This document shows positions 23,386 through 25,517 of a stretch of 25,517 nt of DNA, in pieces. The translations under genes were made by a program, and so were the position numbers. Within the stretch, counting starts at the first letter, position 1. Each line of letters opens with the position of its first letter. Source of the stretch: a virus. Its lineage: Duplodnaviria; Caudoviricetes. Below the pieces are notes generated by a model. It ran no database searches. It was not told the DNA's origin and saw nothing but the letters and a program-made list of their open reading frames with translations. The stretch spans positions 1 to 25,517 of IMG/VR virus record IMGVR_UViG_3300027769_000117; one strand, given 5' to 3'.

Positions 23386-25061
23386 TTGAATTCGATGGCT
23401 CCGGCTTTGCGGAGTTGTTGCGCGCAGGCGTAGTTGAGGCGAACGGAGTCGGCGAAGTGGTCGCCTGCGACCGAGCGCCATTCCTTGCGGCCTTTTTTGC
23501 TGACGATGATTTTTTGCCCCATGAAGGCGGAGAGGAATTCTTCGCCGGAGTCTTTGGGGAAAAACAGGAATGGGGATTTGCGCTTGGCGATGCGGTCGAT
23601 GAAGAGGGAGACTTTCGACGCGAATTCGTTGACGGTGTAGAGGGGCATCGTGGGGTATTCCTTCAGCACGCTTTCGGAGATGCTGCCGAAATTCGCGCCG
23701 GAGCCTTTGGCGGGGAAAAAGAAATTCCCGGAGAGGTAGCAGGCGCGATAAACGGCGTTGGCGTTGAAGCCTGAGTCGAGGAGGCCGCCGATGGGGGTGA
23801 CTTCTCTGCTGTCGGGCGTTTTGAATTTCTGCGACTGCGCGACCTGGAGCATGTCCTCGATGCCGGTGACGGTGCCGTAGTCGAGCACATAGGCGTCGCC
23901 ATTTTCTGAAAAGGCCATGGTCGTCCAGTGCGATGTGTCTTGGCCGACATCGGCTGAGAGGGTGATGGCCACCGGATCGATGGGGCAGGCTCCGCGCAGG
24001 TAGTCTTTGCGACAGGCGAGGACCTCGGCGCTGGTGGCTCCGGTGCCTTGGACGGTCCACCGGCGGGCGTTGCGTTTTTGGATGAATTGTTTCATGGCCT
24101 CGGTGTCTCCGGCCTTGCGGTCGAGATCGGCTTTGACCCACTCGACAGCGAGCGATCCCCACGGAATCCACCAGACGGCGGAGGCATCGTAGTGAAAGGC
24201 GATGCGTCCTGGCGCGCCGTGCGAGGTGACGGTGTAGCGGGAGCCGGAGGAGAGGGCGCGGCGGATGCGGGGATCGTCCATGTATTCGTGCGAGCAGGTG
24301 GGGCAAACGAGCCGCGCGCTCTTGGCGACGCGGTCCCAGAGCATGGCGCCATTGGCATCGGTCTCTCGGTCGAAGGCGATGTTTTTAAAATCCCACGGGT
24401 GGACTTCGCCGCATAGGCACTGCCAGGAGAATTCGCGCTTTTCGCAGAGGTCTTCCGCGTCGTGGAAGTCGTCGCCTTCTTCTCCACCTTGGGAGACGAG
24501 GATGCGGCGGGCGTTCCATCGGTCGTGGGTGCGCCGGCGAAATTCCTCGAGCATGCCGCGCTTCCAACGCCACACCTCGTCGGCAATAGCCCACCGGATG
24601 GATTTCTCCTGGAGGCTGGTGAGGTTGGCGCCGCCGATGAAGAGGGGCATGTGGGGAAAGAGGATCTCCGTCTTGCGCTTTTGGTGGCGGTCTTTCGGGA
24701 AGAGCTTTGCGACTGATGGGATGGCTTCCAGCATCGGCCCGAGGCGCGACTCGGCCCACTGCTTGGCGGTCTTGTCCGTCTGGCCGGTCACCAATGTCGG
24801 GCCGGGGTTCTCGCTGATGATCCACGCCAGAAGCGCCTCGAATAGCGTCGTCTTGCCGCTGCCGACAGGCGCGCAAATGATGATCTCGTCGTTGGTGTCT
24901 TTGGCGATTTCCTCGATGGGCTCGTTCATCCATTGCGCTGTCGTGGAATCGAATTGCGTATTCCGCGCGGAATGCGGGACGACGACATGCCGAGACATCC
25001 ATTGCACCGGACTGAGCCGCTCACCGGGGTTGACTCCGAGTTTGAAGAATTCTGCGATCAT
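23382..25061 (-). CDS. terL: Terminase large subunit, lambda gpA family
   Basis: Walker A APVGSGKT, Walker B AIADEV, Zn-finger CLC/CPTC, nuclease motifs SADVG, LLDSG and DHFADS. Confidence 0.95.
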   Translation of the reverse strand: MIAEFFKLGVNPGERLSPVQWMSRHVVVPHSARNTQFDSTTAQWMNEPIEEIAKDTNDEIIICAPVGSGKTTLFEALLAWIISENPGPTLVTGQTDKTAKQWAESRLGPMLEAIPSVAKLFPKDRHQKRKTEILFPHMPLFIGGANLTSLQEKSIRWAIADEVWRWKRGMLEEFRRRTHDRWNARRILVSQGGEEGDDFHDAEDLCEKREFSWQCLCGEVHPWDFKNIAFDRETDANGAMLWDRVAKSARLVCPTCSHEYMDDPRIRRALSSGSRYTVTSHGAPGRIAFHYDASAVWWIPWGSLAVEWVKADLDRKAGDTEAMKQFIQKRNARRWTVQGTGATSAEVLACRKDYLRGACPIDPVAITLSADVGQDTSHWTTMAFSENGDAYVLDYGTVTGIEDMLQVAQSQKFKTPDSREVTPIGGLLDSGFNANAVYRACYLSGNFFFPAKGSGANFGSISESVLKEYPTMPLYTVNEFASKVSLFIDRIAKRKSPFLFFPKDSGEEFLSAFMGQKIIVSKKGRKEWRSVAGDHFADSVRLNYACAQQLRKAGAIEFK

Positions 25062-25462
25062 TCGTCGGAGAGCGTTTTCAGCACGCGGCTTATTTCGTCC
25101 TCAAGGATCGGAACCATCTGCGCCGCCGATAGCCCTTCGAGTCTGCCAGGCAATGCGCCCACCCATGAAAGGAGTTGAGCCTTCACGGCCATGCCGAGAG
25201 CAATCATTTCTTCCTCTACTTTCTCCTTGGCAATGTGTTTCCCCTTTGTGACCTCAAGAAGATATTCGATCCGATCGCCCTCGAGCTTGAGCTTCCTCAG
25301 CCTCGCCGCCTTCATGTCCTCGACGGGTAGGCCGGTCGTCTCAGACTCGGCGGCGAGGTTTCGAGCCTGCCGTTTCGTCACAGCAAGTTCGTCGGCAATG
25401 CGATCCGTCACCGGATTGCGCGGGCGACCCTTGCCTCTCTTTTGGGTTTTCTTGGGTGTCAT
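25058..25462 (-). CDS. terS: Terminase small subunit (Nu1-like)
   Basis: N-terminal HTH IADELAVTKRQARNL, coiled coil ARLRKLKLE, LPGRL motif; ATGA-coupled to terL. Confidence 0.82.
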   Translation of the reverse strand: MTPKKTQKRGKGRPRNPVTDRIADELAVTKRQARNLAAESETTGLPVEDMKAARLRKLKLEGDRIEYLLEVTKGKHIAKEKVEEEMIALGMAVKAQLLSWVGALPGRLEGLSAAQMVPILEDEISRVLKTLSDE

Positions 25463-25517
25463 TATAGGGAAATGGGAATTTTATTGCTCACACAAAACTA
25501 ACGAGAGACTGGCAAAC

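Noticed and set aside
23386-24306. 377-aa ORF 23173..24306 overlapping terL
   Set aside because: The Arg/Pro-rich alternative-frame part is spurious; only the ATGA-coupled last 70 codons look like a gene.
7504-25251. Long plus-strand ORFs (e.g. 7504..8544, 8720..9685, 12068..12934, 13622..14644, 24265..25251)
   Set aside because: They are antisense shadows of GC-biased minus-strand genes, with no recognisable motifs and full overlap with well-supported CDSs.
63-25462. Alternative genetic code or stop-codon reassignment
   Set aside because: Core genes are full length and tightly packed under the standard code, with TGA, TAA and TAG all used as stops.
25463-25517. cos/packaging site upstream of terS
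   Set aside because: Plausible by lambda-like synteny, but the window ends here and no cohesive-end symmetry can be demonstrated.

Overview
The window is the late half of a temperate, lambda-like siphovirus genome, encoded entirely on the minus strand. Reading right to left it contains terS, a gpA-type terL, an inserted operon of tiny genes, a candidate ~180-nt structured ncRNA, a gpW-like gene, portal, a ClpP-type protease with nested scaffold and the major capsid protein. Next come head-tail genes, the major tail protein, a tail chaperone with a -1 frameshift, the tape measure, Cys-rich tail-tip genes and a modular fibre/receptor-binding cluster. The left end holds a lysis cassette (holin, lipoprotein, CHAP endolysin), a metallophosphoesterase, an apparently intact attP carrying the 3' half of tRNA-Thr(CGT), and a tyrosine integrase. 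Three unexplained signals stand out. (1) A strand-specific TTTGACA motif lies at a fixed 13-14 nt before start codons or inferred transcript starts of late genes. (2) A potentially pseudoknotted ncRNA begins exactly 14 nt after a variant of that motif, between terminase and portal. (3) A cassette-like mini-gene array has identical junctions and a tRNA-like T-loop/ACCA hairpin. All calls come from reading motifs and synteny by eye; no searches or folding programs were run.
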